Shown: positions 37,893 to 46,643 of the stretch, piece by piece | Layout: each line of letters starts with the position of its first letter | How positions within the stretch are numbered: position 1 is the stretch's first letter | Translations under genes and position numbers: made by a program | The notes under the pieces: generated by a model | What the model was told of the DNA's origin: nothing | Seen by the model: the letters and a program-made list of their open reading frames with translations, nothing else | The model's database searches: none | From: an uncultured Eubacteriales bacterium | GTDB taxonomy: Bacteria > Bacillota > Clostridia > Peptostreptococcales > Anaerovoracaceae | DNA: 64,000 nt | Direction of reading: 5' to 3' | NCBI GenBank assembly: GCA_900318105.1 | Contig: ONJG01000013.1 | Span: 5,089-69,088 of the forward strand

Positions 37893-37977
37893 AAAAATAA
37901 ACTCCTTTACTTTCGATTCACCGGCTCTGCGCGGCCGTCGGAGATACGTACCGCTGAAGGGTCGGTATATTGATAAT
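37893..37977 (-). promoter_or_regulatory. rpsO 5' untranslated region, unusually GC-rich (possible S15 autoregulatory leader)
   Basis: The minus-strand sequence ccgacccttcagcggtacgtatctccgacggccgcgcagagccgg precedes an AAAGGAG RBS. I could not resolve a convincing fold by eye. Confidence 0.3.
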
Positions 37978-38006
37978 TATTGCTGCATTTCTGCAACGCA
38001 GCAATA
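37978..38006 (-). terminator. hairpin downstream of ribF
   Basis: A 9-bp stem, tattgctgc / gcagcaata, with an 11-nt loop. The downstream sequence is A/U-rich but has no clean U-run. Confidence 0.4.
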
Positions 38007-38029
38007 TTAACATGTTTAAGCCTTGTTGT

Positions 38030-38977
38030 CTATCTTTTTTTACGATACTCTTCGGCATTTCTGCAATCTTCGGATATCTGTCTGAAAAGCTCCTTTTCAG
38101 AGGAAAACCTGACCTCGCCCCTGGAGAAATGATCAAAGAAGACAACTATATCTTTATCATACAGTTCTCCGTTGAAATCAAAAATGTTGGTTTCTATATT
38201 CTTATCCGAAGGACCGTCCGAGACTGTCGGTCTGATGCCTATATTTGAAACGCTTGCGTACTCCCTTCCGTCAATTAAAATGCGGCTGAAGTATACTCCG
38301 TTTGGCGGAAGTGCTATATCAGCAGGTGCGGGAATGTTAACGGTCGGAATACCCATGGCTGAGCCAAGTCTCTTTCCATGAGTGACCGTTCCTTTGAATG
38401 AATACGGCCTGCCAAGATAAGCTGCCGTAAGCTCCATGTTTCCGATTTTTATCATCTCCCTTATGAGGGTGGAGCTGACGACCTTGTTTTCAAACCTCAC
38501 AGCTTCATGTATGTTGACATCGATTCCGCTTCTCTCGCATTCCTTTTTAAGGGTATCGGCATTGCCTCCCGCCCTGGCTCCGTAGCTGTAGTTGAAACCG
38601 ACCGAAACGCAGCCTGCATTGAGTTTTCCGGCTATGATGTCGTTAAAGAAATCCCCTGCGCTCATGGTCATTATATGCTCATCAAACGGCACGTTAACCA
38701 GGATATCGAATCCCATTTCTTCTATGAGTTTTACCTTCTCATCCTCCGAGCATATGAGTTTCAGCGCATCTGGATCCTCATCAGACCTTTGCATGATGAA
38801 ATTAAAAGGATGATTGGAAAACGTAAAACAAAGAGACTTCAGACCACCGGCATTTGCAGAGGATATTGCATCCTCCATTATCTTCCGATGTCCGATGTGA
38901 AGTCCGTCGAAATTTCCGAGTGCAACGGATGTCTTATCGCTTATATTCAGTTTATCCAGACTATTGTATATCTGCAT
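38030..38977 (-). CDS. ribF: bifunctional riboflavin kinase / FAD synthetase
   Basis: 315-aa ORF with ALGNFDGLHIGH and a C-terminal riboflavin kinase domain (GKRLGSAMGIPTVN). Confidence 0.95.
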   Translation of the reverse strand: MQIYNSLDKLNISDKTSVALGNFDGLHIGHRKIMEDAISSANAGGLKSLCFTFSNHPFNFIMQRSDEDPDALKLICSEDEKVKLIEEMGFDILVNVPFDEHIMTMSAGDFFNDIIAGKLNAGCVSVGFNYSYGARAGGNADTLKKECERSGIDVNIHEAVRFENKVVSSTLIREMIKIGNMELTAAYLGRPYSFKGTVTHGKRLGSAMGIPTVNIPAPADIALPPNGVYFSRILIDGREYASVSNIGIRPTVSDGPSDKNIETNIFDFNGELYDKDIVVFFDHFSRGEVRFSSEKELFRQISEDCRNAEEYRKKR

Positions 38978-39863
38978 TGATTACCTTTTGCGGTTTGATT
39001 GAATCATTCTCAATACTACCTATACCTATAAATGAATCACCGGAATAGATTCTATAGTAATTCCCGTAATTTGTCTCCTCCGTAACGGAATATGCCCAAG
39101 AATCGGAGGGGTTTCCGTTGATAAATGCCATAACTCTGTTATCGTTAAGCTGAACTTTTCCGAGGTTTATAAGTGTTTCCTCCATTGGAATCAGGTATTT
39201 TTCAATGTCCCCGGCATTCAGCCCGGTAAGTTCCTCGATTGAGACAGCATCTTCTATCCTGAAATATCCCGATCCGGTCCTCTCAAGAGCTGTCATGCAT
39301 GCTCCGCAGCCAAGCTCACGCCCGATATCGTCTATTATGGTTCTGATATATGTACCTTTTGAGCAATTTACGTCGAACTCGATTATACCTGAATCAAGGT
39401 CCATATGACTGATTTCATTTTTCGTGATCTCAACCTTTCTGGTTTTAAGTTCGAATTCCACTCCCTCTCTTGCGAGCTCATATGCCCTCTTTCCGTTTAC
39501 TCTGAGCGCAGAATATTTGGGAGGCAGCTGCTCAACCACGCCGGTATACGCCTTAAATGCCTCTCTGAGCATACTTTCGTTTACAACCGAGTAGTCATGC
39601 GTTTCCAGAATTTCTCCTGTTATATCGAGAGTATCTGTCACTGTGCCGAGCTGCATCACGGCGTGATATGACTTGTAATCCGCATCGTAGTATTCGATTA
39701 TGCGGGTCGCCTTTCCTATGCAAACAGGAAGAACGCCCGTAGCCATGGGGTCGAGCGTTCCTGTATGTCCTATTTTCTTAATGTGCAGCAGGCCTCTTAA
39801 CTTGGCGCATACATCCTGCGAAGTCCAGCCCGCCGGCTTGTTAACATTTATGATTCCGTTCAT
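38961..39863 (-). CDS. truB: tRNA pseudouridine(55) synthase
   Basis: 300-aa ORF reading [16 protein letters not shown]...[19 protein letters not shown]. Confidence 0.95.
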   Translation of the reverse strand: MNGIINVNKPAGWTSQDVCAKLRGLLHIKKIGHTGTLDPMATGVLPVCIGKATRIIEYYDADYKSYHAVMQLGTVTDTLDITGEILETHDYSVVNESMLREAFKAYTGVVEQLPPKYSALRVNGKRAYELAREGVEFELKTRKVEITKNEISHMDLDSGIIEFDVNCSKGTYIRTIIDDIGRELGCGACMTALERTGSGYFRIEDAVSIEELTGLNAGDIEKYLIPMEETLINLGKVQLNDNRVMAFINGNPSDSWAYSVTEETNYGNYYRIYSGDSFIGIGSIENDSIKPQKVINADIQ

Positions 39864-39874
39864 AGAATCCTTTT

Positions 39875-40492
39875 TTACTGACCGGAGAAATCAACTGTGC
39901 TTGAGTTGTTTTCTCTGTCTTTAATCATCTTTTCAAGAGCGATTACGATTGTAACGACTTCTTTTTCGAACTGCGGCTGATAAATGTCGATGCAGTATTT
40001 GTCATGAAGAGACAGCATCTTCTGTCCGATTGCCGCGACAGGCTGACCGAACTGGTCTTTAAGCGTGAAATTCAGCCCGAGGATATTGCCCTCAAGCTGC
40101 CATCCCAGGCCTTCGATGTTGGTGATGTCCTTGACTAAATGAAAGAGCTCATTTGACAGGGTGAACTTTGTGCCGTCAGCCATTTCTATAAGGCGTTTCT
40201 CGTGCAGACTGACAGGCTTTCTTTCCATATAAGCCACTTTGTTTCCTGCTGCATCGAGAATGTCAGTCTTGTTCTTGATGGAAACGACTTTGGTGCTGGT
40301 GGTGTATTTTACTTCGTCATTTTCGTCGGTTACATTAATCTGATTGTGAAGTGCTGCACTCATCGATCCGAAATCCAGGGATGTATAGAGCGAATATGCA
40401 GGTTCTCCGAACTGCTCGGGGAAACTTGCACTTGCCGCGGTCCCCGACTCATGAAATGACTGCATATCTTTCAGTTTTGAAAAAATACTCAT
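39875..40492 (-). CDS. LURP-one-related (DUF567, tubby/scramblase-like fold) protein with an extended N-terminus
   Basis: 205-aa ORF. Its C-terminal two thirds resemble bacterial LURP-one-related proteins ([43 protein letters not shown]...[11 protein letters not shown]). Confidence 0.6.
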   Translation of the reverse strand: MSIFSKLKDMQSFHESGTAASASFPEQFGEPAYSLYTSLDFGSMSAALHNQINVTDENDEVKYTTSTKVVSIKNKTDILDAAGNKVAYMERKPVSLHEKRLIEMADGTKFTLSNELFHLVKDITNIEGLGWQLEGNILGLNFTLKDQFGQPVAAIGQKMLSLHDKYCIDIYQPQFEKEVVTIVIALEKMIKDRENNSSTVDFSGQ

Positions 40493-40570
40493 GACTATAC
40501 CTCCTTGATGTCTTTTTATCGCACTTATTATACAACTTTGTCCACCCGGAAGAAAGAAAAAGCAGGTTGT

Positions 40571-41551
40571 CTAGCCTGCTCTGTTGACTGATTTGATGAG
40601 CTCCGGAACTATCGTCCGCTCTGCTTCATCGACATCCAATGTCGTAAATGTGCATCCTGCGGCGAGGATGTGACCTCCACCTCCGAATTTACTGGCTACT
40701 GCCTGCATATTTGCATAGCTCCTGCCTCTCAGGCTGGCTCTTACGTTCAGCTCAGATTGTTTAAGCAGACATCCCACTTCGACGCCGTCGATACTCATCA
40801 CCTGCTGGACTATGCCGTCAGCCTCATCCATGGTGCAGTTCATTTCATTCAGAAGATCCTGCGTGATGCGCCCGACTGCGATTTTTCCGCCTTCATAGTA
40901 GTTCAAATTGGACAGTACCATGCTTTCCATTTTGAGAGCTTCCTTGGACTTTCTTTCGTAAATCAGCGCACTGATTTGTTTTGAATTGAATCCCTCTATG
41001 TTATACAGGTGTCCCACTATGTCATGGGATCTCCTTGTGGTGTTGATATGCTGGAAATTCCCGGTGTCCGTTGTTATGGCCGTAAAGATGCAGTTGGCCA
41101 TATCCAGGCTTATCTCAACGCCAAGAGCCTTTATCAGATTGTATATTATCTCTCCCGTGGCTGCGGATTTGGGCTCGGAACGAATGAAATCAAAGCGTAT
41201 TGTGCTCGATTTGTTCTGATGATGATCGATGCAGCCCTTGAGCTTGCCCCTCTCAAAAGCAGATTCCCTGCCCGGAATCCTGTTAATGTCATTGCAGTCG
41301 AGCATGAGCGACAACTGAATCTCCTCCAGAACGCTGTCGTCCTCCGTCGTGCAACCGATTTCAAGGAAATCGAGATTCTTGGGGACGGGCTCGTTTATCA
41401 TGATGTATGCTTTTTTACCAAGCTGCCTGAGCGCAAGACAGATGGCAGTGGCGGAACCGAGCGCATCTCCGTCCATATTAACATGAGGGTATATCATTAT
41501 ACCGTCTAGATCCTTCAATAGAGTTGCAATGCTTTTTATCGTGTCGTTCAT
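40571..41551 (-). CDS. nrnA: DHH/DHHA1 phosphoesterase (NrnA-like oligoribonuclease / pAp phosphatase)
   Basis: 326-aa ORF with HVNMDGDALGS, DHHQN and GGGH motifs. Confidence 0.87.
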   Translation of the reverse strand: MNDTIKSIATLLKDLDGIMIYPHVNMDGDALGSATAICLALRQLGKKAYIMINEPVPKNLDFLEIGCTTEDDSVLEEIQLSLMLDCNDINRIPGRESAFERGKLKGCIDHHQNKSSTIRFDFIRSEPKSAATGEIIYNLIKALGVEISLDMANCIFTAITTDTGNFQHINTTRRSHDIVGHLYNIEGFNSKQISALIYERKSKEALKMESMVLSNLNYYEGGKIAVGRITQDLLNEMNCTMDEADGIVQQVMSIDGVEVGCLLKQSELNVRASLRGRSYANMQAVASKFGGGGHILAAGCTFTTLDVDEAERTIVPELIKSVNRAG

Positions 41552-41907
41552 TATAAATTTTCCAATATTGAGTCTATATGTCTGCCGTAATCACCGGATG
41601 TATCGAGCTTGAAGATGAGTTCCGGAGTGTGTCGGATGGGAATATCCCTTGAAACCTGTCCTCTGATTGCTCCCTTGGCTCTTTCAAATCCCTCTATTAC
41701 TTCGGCATAAACCTCTTCTTTGTTTTCATCCGACAGGCAAACAGGCGAAACGTAGACGGTCGCATAGCTACCGTCCCTCGTTACGTCACAGCCTGTGATG
41801 CTTATGATTCTTGATGTAAGTGCCGGGTCCTTGGCTCCGTTGATCAGAAATCCGCTCACGCTTTTTTTGATTTCCTCACTGAGCCTTCCCTGTCTGTGTC
41901 TGGCCAT
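41551..41907 (-). CDS. rbfA: ribosome-binding factor A
   Basis: 118-aa ORF in the conserved position downstream of infB. It has RbfA-like sequence (ITGCDVTRDGSYATVYVS). Confidence 0.92.
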   Translation of the reverse strand: MARHRQGRLSEEIKKSVSGFLINGAKDPALTSRIISITGCDVTRDGSYATVYVSPVCLSDENKEEVYAEVIEGFERAKGAIRGQVSRDIPIRHTPELIFKLDTSGDYGRHIDSILENL

Positions 41908-41908
41908 T

Positions 41909-44632
41909 TTATTTTCTTTCTATTTCCACCATTTCGAAGCACTCAATCACATCATCGGGTTTGATATCGTTGTACTTCTCAATTCCGAGTCCGCATTCGT
42001 ATCCTGCGGCAACTTCCTTGACGTCATCCTTGAATCTTCTGAGCGAGGATATTACGCCCTCGTGGATAACTATGCCGTCACGTACGAGCCTGATCTGTGC
42101 GTTTCTCTTGACCTCTCCCTCTGTTACGTAGCATCCGGCCACGATACCGAGGTTCGGCACCTTGAATGTATCCCTGACCTCGGCTTTTCCGAGTACTTCC
42201 TCTTTGTATTCCGGATCGAGCATACCCTTCATGGCTGCCTCCACTTCATCGATGATGTCGTAGATTACCCTGTAAAGCCTGATCTCGACATCTGCGGCGG
42301 CTGCCTGGTTTGTAACGGCTGTTGTAGGTCTTACATTGAATCCGATAATGATGGCATTTGATGTCTCAGCCAGCATTACGTCTGATTCGTTGATTGTACC
42401 GACGCCTGAGTGAATTACATTGATCTTGACCTCAGGAGTCTCCAGCTTTTCAAGTGATGAGATGATTGCACCGACTGAGCCCTGTACGTCAGCCTTGATA
42501 ATGAGGTTGAGTTCCTTGGCCTCTCCCTCCTGAATCTGACTGAAGAGTTTGTCGAGAGTCATGCTGGCATTGCGCGCCATGACCTCTTCTCTCATCTTAT
42601 CTTTTCTGTTCTGGGCTATTTCCCTTGCTGTCTTGTCATCTCTTACCGCATTGAAGATATCTCCGGCTGCAGGAACATCTGCAAGTCCGAGAATCTCAAC
42701 TGCGGTGGCAGGACCGGCTTTTCTGATGGCCTTGCCTTTATCGTCGGTCATCACCCTGATCTTACCTGAGGATGTTCCGGCCACCACGCTCTGTCCTGTC
42801 TTAAGTGTTCCGTTGGATACAAGGAGCGTGGCGACGGGGCCTTTGGCCTTGTCGAGCCTGGCCTCGATAACCGTACCGCTGGCCAGTCTGTCCGGATTGG
42901 CCTTGAGCTCGAGCACATCTGCCTGAAGGAGTATCATCTCGAGAAGATCCGTGATGCCTTCGCCCTTCTTTGCAGATACGGGTACCGAGATAACCTCTCC
43001 ACCCCATTCCTCGACGAGCACTCCGTTATCCATGAGTTCCTGTTTGACTCTGTCGGGATTTGCACCCGGTTTATCCATCTTGTTGATGGCTACTATGATC
43101 GGAACTCCCGCAGCCTTGGCGTGGCTTATGGACTCGATTGTCTGAGGCATAACTCCGTCATCTGCTGCAACCACGAGTACTGCAATATCCGTAACCTGCG
43201 CACCTCTTGCACGCATGGTGGTGAATGCTTCGTGACCCGGAGTATCCAGGAATACGATTTTCTTTCCGTTTATCTCAACTTCGGATGCACCGATATGCTG
43301 GGTGATTCCGCCTGATTCTCCGGCGGTTACATTCGTATTTCTGATGGCATCGAGCAGAGATGTCTTTCCATGGTCGACGTGACCCATAACCGTGATGATA
43401 GGAGGTCTCGGCTGAAGTTCGCTTTCGGAATCCTCGTGCATATCGATTCCCTCTTCGACGATTTCGGGCTCTTCCTCTGTGACCACAATCTGAAGTCCGA
43501 GGTCTGCCGCGAGCATCTCAACCATATCCTTATCCAGTGACTGGTTGATGGTGGCCATAACTCCCATCTGCATCATCGACATGATTATCTTGGAAACACT
43601 GATCTCGGCCTGCTCCGAAAGTCCTGCTACCGTAATAGGCACGGTAACTGCGATTGTGCCCTCGGGGAGCAGTTCTTCGGGTTCGGGTTCTTCCACGACC
43701 TTTGTCTTATATTTCTTCTTATGACGCTCCTGTTTTTCAAGAGCTCTTTCATCATAAATGTCATTGCCCTGATTTCTGCGTCTTCCGCCCGGGCCGTCTT
43801 CTCTTCGGTCATTCCTGGACATTCTGTCCTTGTTATCGAAGAATTTCTTGCTTTTACCCTTGGATGGTCTGCTGCCGCCGCTCTGAGCTGCATCTCCGCT
43901 GCCATGGGCCTTTCTCTGCGCTCCGCCTTTTCCGTCATCGGAGCTCTCACCGGCTGTGGCTTTTTTCTTTCTCGTAGTTTTGGCACTTTCTGCGCTTGCA
44001 GCGAGTTTTTCCTTCTGGCGTTTTCTCTGTTCTTCTGCCTTCTTCTTTTCGGTCTCGGCATCGGATATTTTCTTGAAACGCATGGGTTTTCCGGGTGCGT
44101 TTACATAATCTTCAGGAGCTTCGGGGGTTTCCTCCTTTATTTCGGCTTTTTCCTCTTTTGCAGGTTTCTCTTCTTCTTTTGCTTTTTGGGATTTTTCTTC
44201 CTTCTCAGCCTTTGTTTCTTTAACTTCTTTATCTTTTTTTGCAGTCTTTTTATCTTCACCTGCATCCGAAATCTCCTCAGACGGTGCATCTGAGTCCTTT
44301 ACCGCTGCGGCCGTATCATCTTCGGGCTTTTCTTCCTCCTTGGGAGCGACCGGTTTTTTTGGAATAACGGGCTTTCCTACGGGCGCCTTGGCCACAGGCG
44401 TGGCTTTGGGCACAACAGGCACAGCCTTAATCTTGGGCTTGACGGTACCATCCGCGCCGGTGCCGGAGTTTCCTTTCATGAGATTAATGGTGCTCACAAG
44501 TCTTTCGGCATCCACATCCTCAATAGAGGATCTGGCTCCTCCGACCTCGATACCCATCTTGACTGCATAATCCTTGAGTTCCTGCAAACTTATGTCAAGT
44601 TCTTTGGTAAGCTCACTAACTTTTTTTGACAT
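41909..44632 (-). CDS. infB: translation initiation factor IF-2
   Basis: 907-aa ORF with a long K/E/A-rich N-terminal region and the GTPase motifs GHVDHGKTSLLD, DTPGH and NKMD. Confidence 0.97.
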   Translation of the reverse strand: MSKKVSELTKELDISLQELKDYAVKMGIEVGGARSSIEDVDAERLVSTINLMKGNSGTGADGTVKPKIKAVPVVPKATPVAKAPVGKPVIPKKPVAPKEEEKPEDDTAAAVKDSDAPSEEISDAGEDKKTAKKDKEVKETKAEKEEKSQKAKEEEKPAKEEKAEIKEETPEAPEDYVNAPGKPMRFKKISDAETEKKKAEEQRKRQKEKLAASAESAKTTRKKKATAGESSDDGKGGAQRKAHGSGDAAQSGGSRPSKGKSKKFFDNKDRMSRNDRREDGPGGRRRNQGNDIYDERALEKQERHKKKYKTKVVEEPEPEELLPEGTIAVTVPITVAGLSEQAEISVSKIIMSMMQMGVMATINQSLDKDMVEMLAADLGLQIVVTEEEPEIVEEGIDMHEDSESELQPRPPIITVMGHVDHGKTSLLDAIRNTNVTAGESGGITQHIGASEVEINGKKIVFLDTPGHEAFTTMRARGAQVTDIAVLVVAADDGVMPQTIESISHAKAAGVPIIVAINKMDKPGANPDRVKQELMDNGVLVEEWGGEVISVPVSAKKGEGITDLLEMILLQADVLELKANPDRLASGTVIEARLDKAKGPVATLLVSNGTLKTGQSVVAGTSSGKIRVMTDDKGKAIRKAGPATAVEILGLADVPAAGDIFNAVRDDKTAREIAQNRKDKMREEVMARNASMTLDKLFSQIQEGEAKELNLIIKADVQGSVGAIISSLEKLETPEVKINVIHSGVGTINESDVMLAETSNAIIIGFNVRPTTAVTNQAAAADVEIRLYRVIYDIIDEVEAAMKGMLDPEYKEEVLGKAEVRDTFKVPNLGIVAGCYVTEGEVKRNAQIRLVRDGIVIHEGVISSLRRFKDDVKEVAAGYECGLGIEKYNDIKPDDVIECFEMVEIERK

Positions 44633-44888
44633 TCAATTCCTCCCCCTGTCTGTCAAGAGCTATGTTTATAGCTGTTTCTATGCTGTCTGCGTCCACATTT
44701 GTTCTGCAGGCGCGGTTAAATGCTTTACGCTTAATCGCGTTTTCGATACATTCTTTTCTGCTGCAAAGGTAGTAACCTCTGCCTTCACTGTTTCCGTCTG
44801 TGTCTGCCGAGATGGTATCTCCCGACAAGGTAAAGCGCAGGAGTTCATCCTGTGGCTTTGACTCCCTGCAAGAGATGCATCTACGCAT
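44616..44888 (-). CDS. ylxR: YlxR/RnpM-family (DUF448) RNA-binding protein
   Basis: The sequence MRRCISCRESKPQDELLRF...GRGYYLC is typical of the family. I prefer the ATG at 44888. The ORF-track start at 44915 is a TTG lying 35 nt inside nusA. Confidence 0.85.
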   Translation of the reverse strand: MRRCISCRESKPQDELLRFTLSGDTISADTDGNSEGRGYYLCSRKECIENAIKRKAFNRACRTNVDADSIETAINIALDRQGEELNVKKS

Positions 44889-46059
44889 CGGTTTCGGACT
44901 CTGATGTCTCCTCAACTTCCTCTACCTCTTTTGCTTCTGTTTCTGGTTCTTCTGCCGGTTCTTCTGCAAGCGGCTCCTCGTATTCCATCTCATCTGCATC
45001 TTCGTATTCATCGAAGTCAAATCCCATCTCCTTGAGCTGGTCATTGCTCTTGATGTCGATCTTCCAGCCGCTGACCCTGGCTGCAAGCCTTACGTTCTGG
45101 CCCTCTCTTCCGATGGCAAGTGAAAGCTGCTGCTCGGGCACCACTGCCGTAGCGGACTTCTCATCCTCGTTGATGTATACACCTTCAACTATAGCCGGTT
45201 TGAGGACGTTGCTTATGAGAACAGCAGGATCCTCATCCCATACTATGATGTCGATTTTTTCTCCGAAGAGCTCGTCCGTGATGTTCTGAACTCTTGCTCC
45301 TCTGTTTCCGACGCATGCTCCCACGGGATCGACGTTCGGATCGTTGGAATAAACGGCTATCTTTGTGCGGGATCCTGCCTCCCTGGCAGTTCCCTTTATC
45401 TCTACAGTTCCGTCTGCGATTTCGGGTATCTCAAGTTCAAAGAGTCCTCTGACGAGTCCCGGATGCGATCTTGAGAGCAGCACCTGAGGTCCCTTGCTCT
45501 CCTTCTTTACATCCATGACATATACTTTGATTCTCTCTCCCGGCTTGAAGTTTTCGGACTTGACCTGCTCTGATGCAGGCACCCTGCCCTCTGTTCTTCC
45601 GAGTGAAATCAGCATGGTGCCGTTGTTGATCCTCTCGACCTTTCCTGTGACAATCTGGCCTTTCTTTTCGATAAATTCATTGTAGGAATTGGTTCTCTCG
45701 GCTTCTCTGTTCTTCTGAACGAATACCTGCTTTGCACCCTGGGCTGCGATTCTGTTGAAGTCCTTGGGGTCGATTTCGTATTCAACGATATCTCCGAGTT
45801 CATATCCGTCATAGATTTCCTTTGCATCTGCAAGCGAAATCTGTGTAAGATCGTCTTCCACTTCCTCAACAACTTCCATTCCCATGAAAACAGTAACATT
45901 ACCATTTTCCATATCCACGTCAACCCTGACGTTGGAAGCTCCGTAATTCTTCCTGTATGCATTCTCTATGGAGTCTTTGATCGCTCCGATAATCTCCTCC
46001 TCAGAGAGATTCTTTTCTTTCTTAAGATCTTCAAACGCTTCCAGAAAATCGTTGTTCAT
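44881..46059 (-). CDS. nusA: transcription termination/antitermination factor NusA
   Basis: 392-aa ORF with an NTD, an S1 domain (GQIVTGKVERINNGTMLISLG) and two KH domains. It ends in an acidic C-terminal tail. Confidence 0.96.
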   Translation of the reverse strand: MNNDFLEAFEDLKKEKNLSEEEIIGAIKDSIENAYRKNYGASNVRVDVDMENGNVTVFMGMEVVEEVEDDLTQISLADAKEIYDGYELGDIVEYEIDPKDFNRIAAQGAKQVFVQKNREAERTNSYNEFIEKKGQIVTGKVERINNGTMLISLGRTEGRVPASEQVKSENFKPGERIKVYVMDVKKESKGPQVLLSRSHPGLVRGLFELEIPEIADGTVEIKGTAREAGSRTKIAVYSNDPNVDPVGACVGNRGARVQNITDELFGEKIDIIVWDEDPAVLISNVLKPAIVEGVYINEDEKSATAVVPEQQLSLAIGREGQNVRLAARVSGWKIDIKSNDQLKEMGFDFDEYEDADEMEYEEPLAEEPAEEPETEAKEVEEVEETSESETDA

Positions 46060-46073
46060 TATGTCCTCCTTAG

Positions 46074-46550
46074 TTAGAAAACCACTGCCAAGTTTATCTT
46101 TGAAATCTTTTCGAACGGCACTTTCAGTTCTTCATCATCCGTTTTGATAATCACGAGATTATCGTCTTTACCTATAAGCGTGCCTTCGAAATTCTTGCTG
46201 CCGTTAATCTGTTCGTAAGTTTTTAGTTCAACCTGCCTTCCGGCAAATCTTATAAAGTCAGTCTCTTTGACAAGCTCCCTGTCAAGCCCGGGAGAACTCA
46301 CCTCGAGATTATAACTCCTGTCTATAATATCCGTTTCATCGAGCCTGTCTGAAAGATATCTGTTAAGCTCTTCGCACTCCTCGATGCTTACGTACTCTGT
46401 CGTGGCATCTGCGGGTTTATCCGGATATACTCTGAGCACCCAGTCAGGGCCTTCCTTTTTGTACTCTACCTTGTAGAGTTCGAGATTATGCTCCTTCAGG
46501 TAGTCAGTAAGCAGGAGAGATACCTCGCTGCATATGTCTTGCCTGGCCAT
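46074..46550 (-). CDS. rimP: ribosome maturation factor RimP
   Basis: 158-aa ORF directly upstream of nusA. It has the LEVSSPGLDRELV motif. Confidence 0.93.
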   Translation of the reverse strand: MARQDICSEVSLLLTDYLKEHNLELYKVEYKKEGPDWVLRVYPDKPADATTEYVSIEECEELNRYLSDRLDETDIIDRSYNLEVSSPGLDRELVKETDFIRFAGRQVELKTYEQINGSKNFEGTLIGKDDNLVIIKTDDEELKVPFEKISKINLAVVF

Positions 46551-46581
46551 ATAGCCTCCGTGTTTTCGTATACATAAGTGA

Positions 46582-46603
46582 AAGAGTGGGCTTCCCCACT
46601 CTT
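46582..46603 (-). terminator. hairpin between the PBP1A gene and rimP
   Basis: A 9-bp stem, aagagtggg / cccactctt, with a 4-nt loop. Only a short U-tract follows on the minus strand. Confidence 0.45.
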
Positions 46604-46643
46604 CCGAAATAACTTACCGTGCTTATATATATCACTAAACAGC

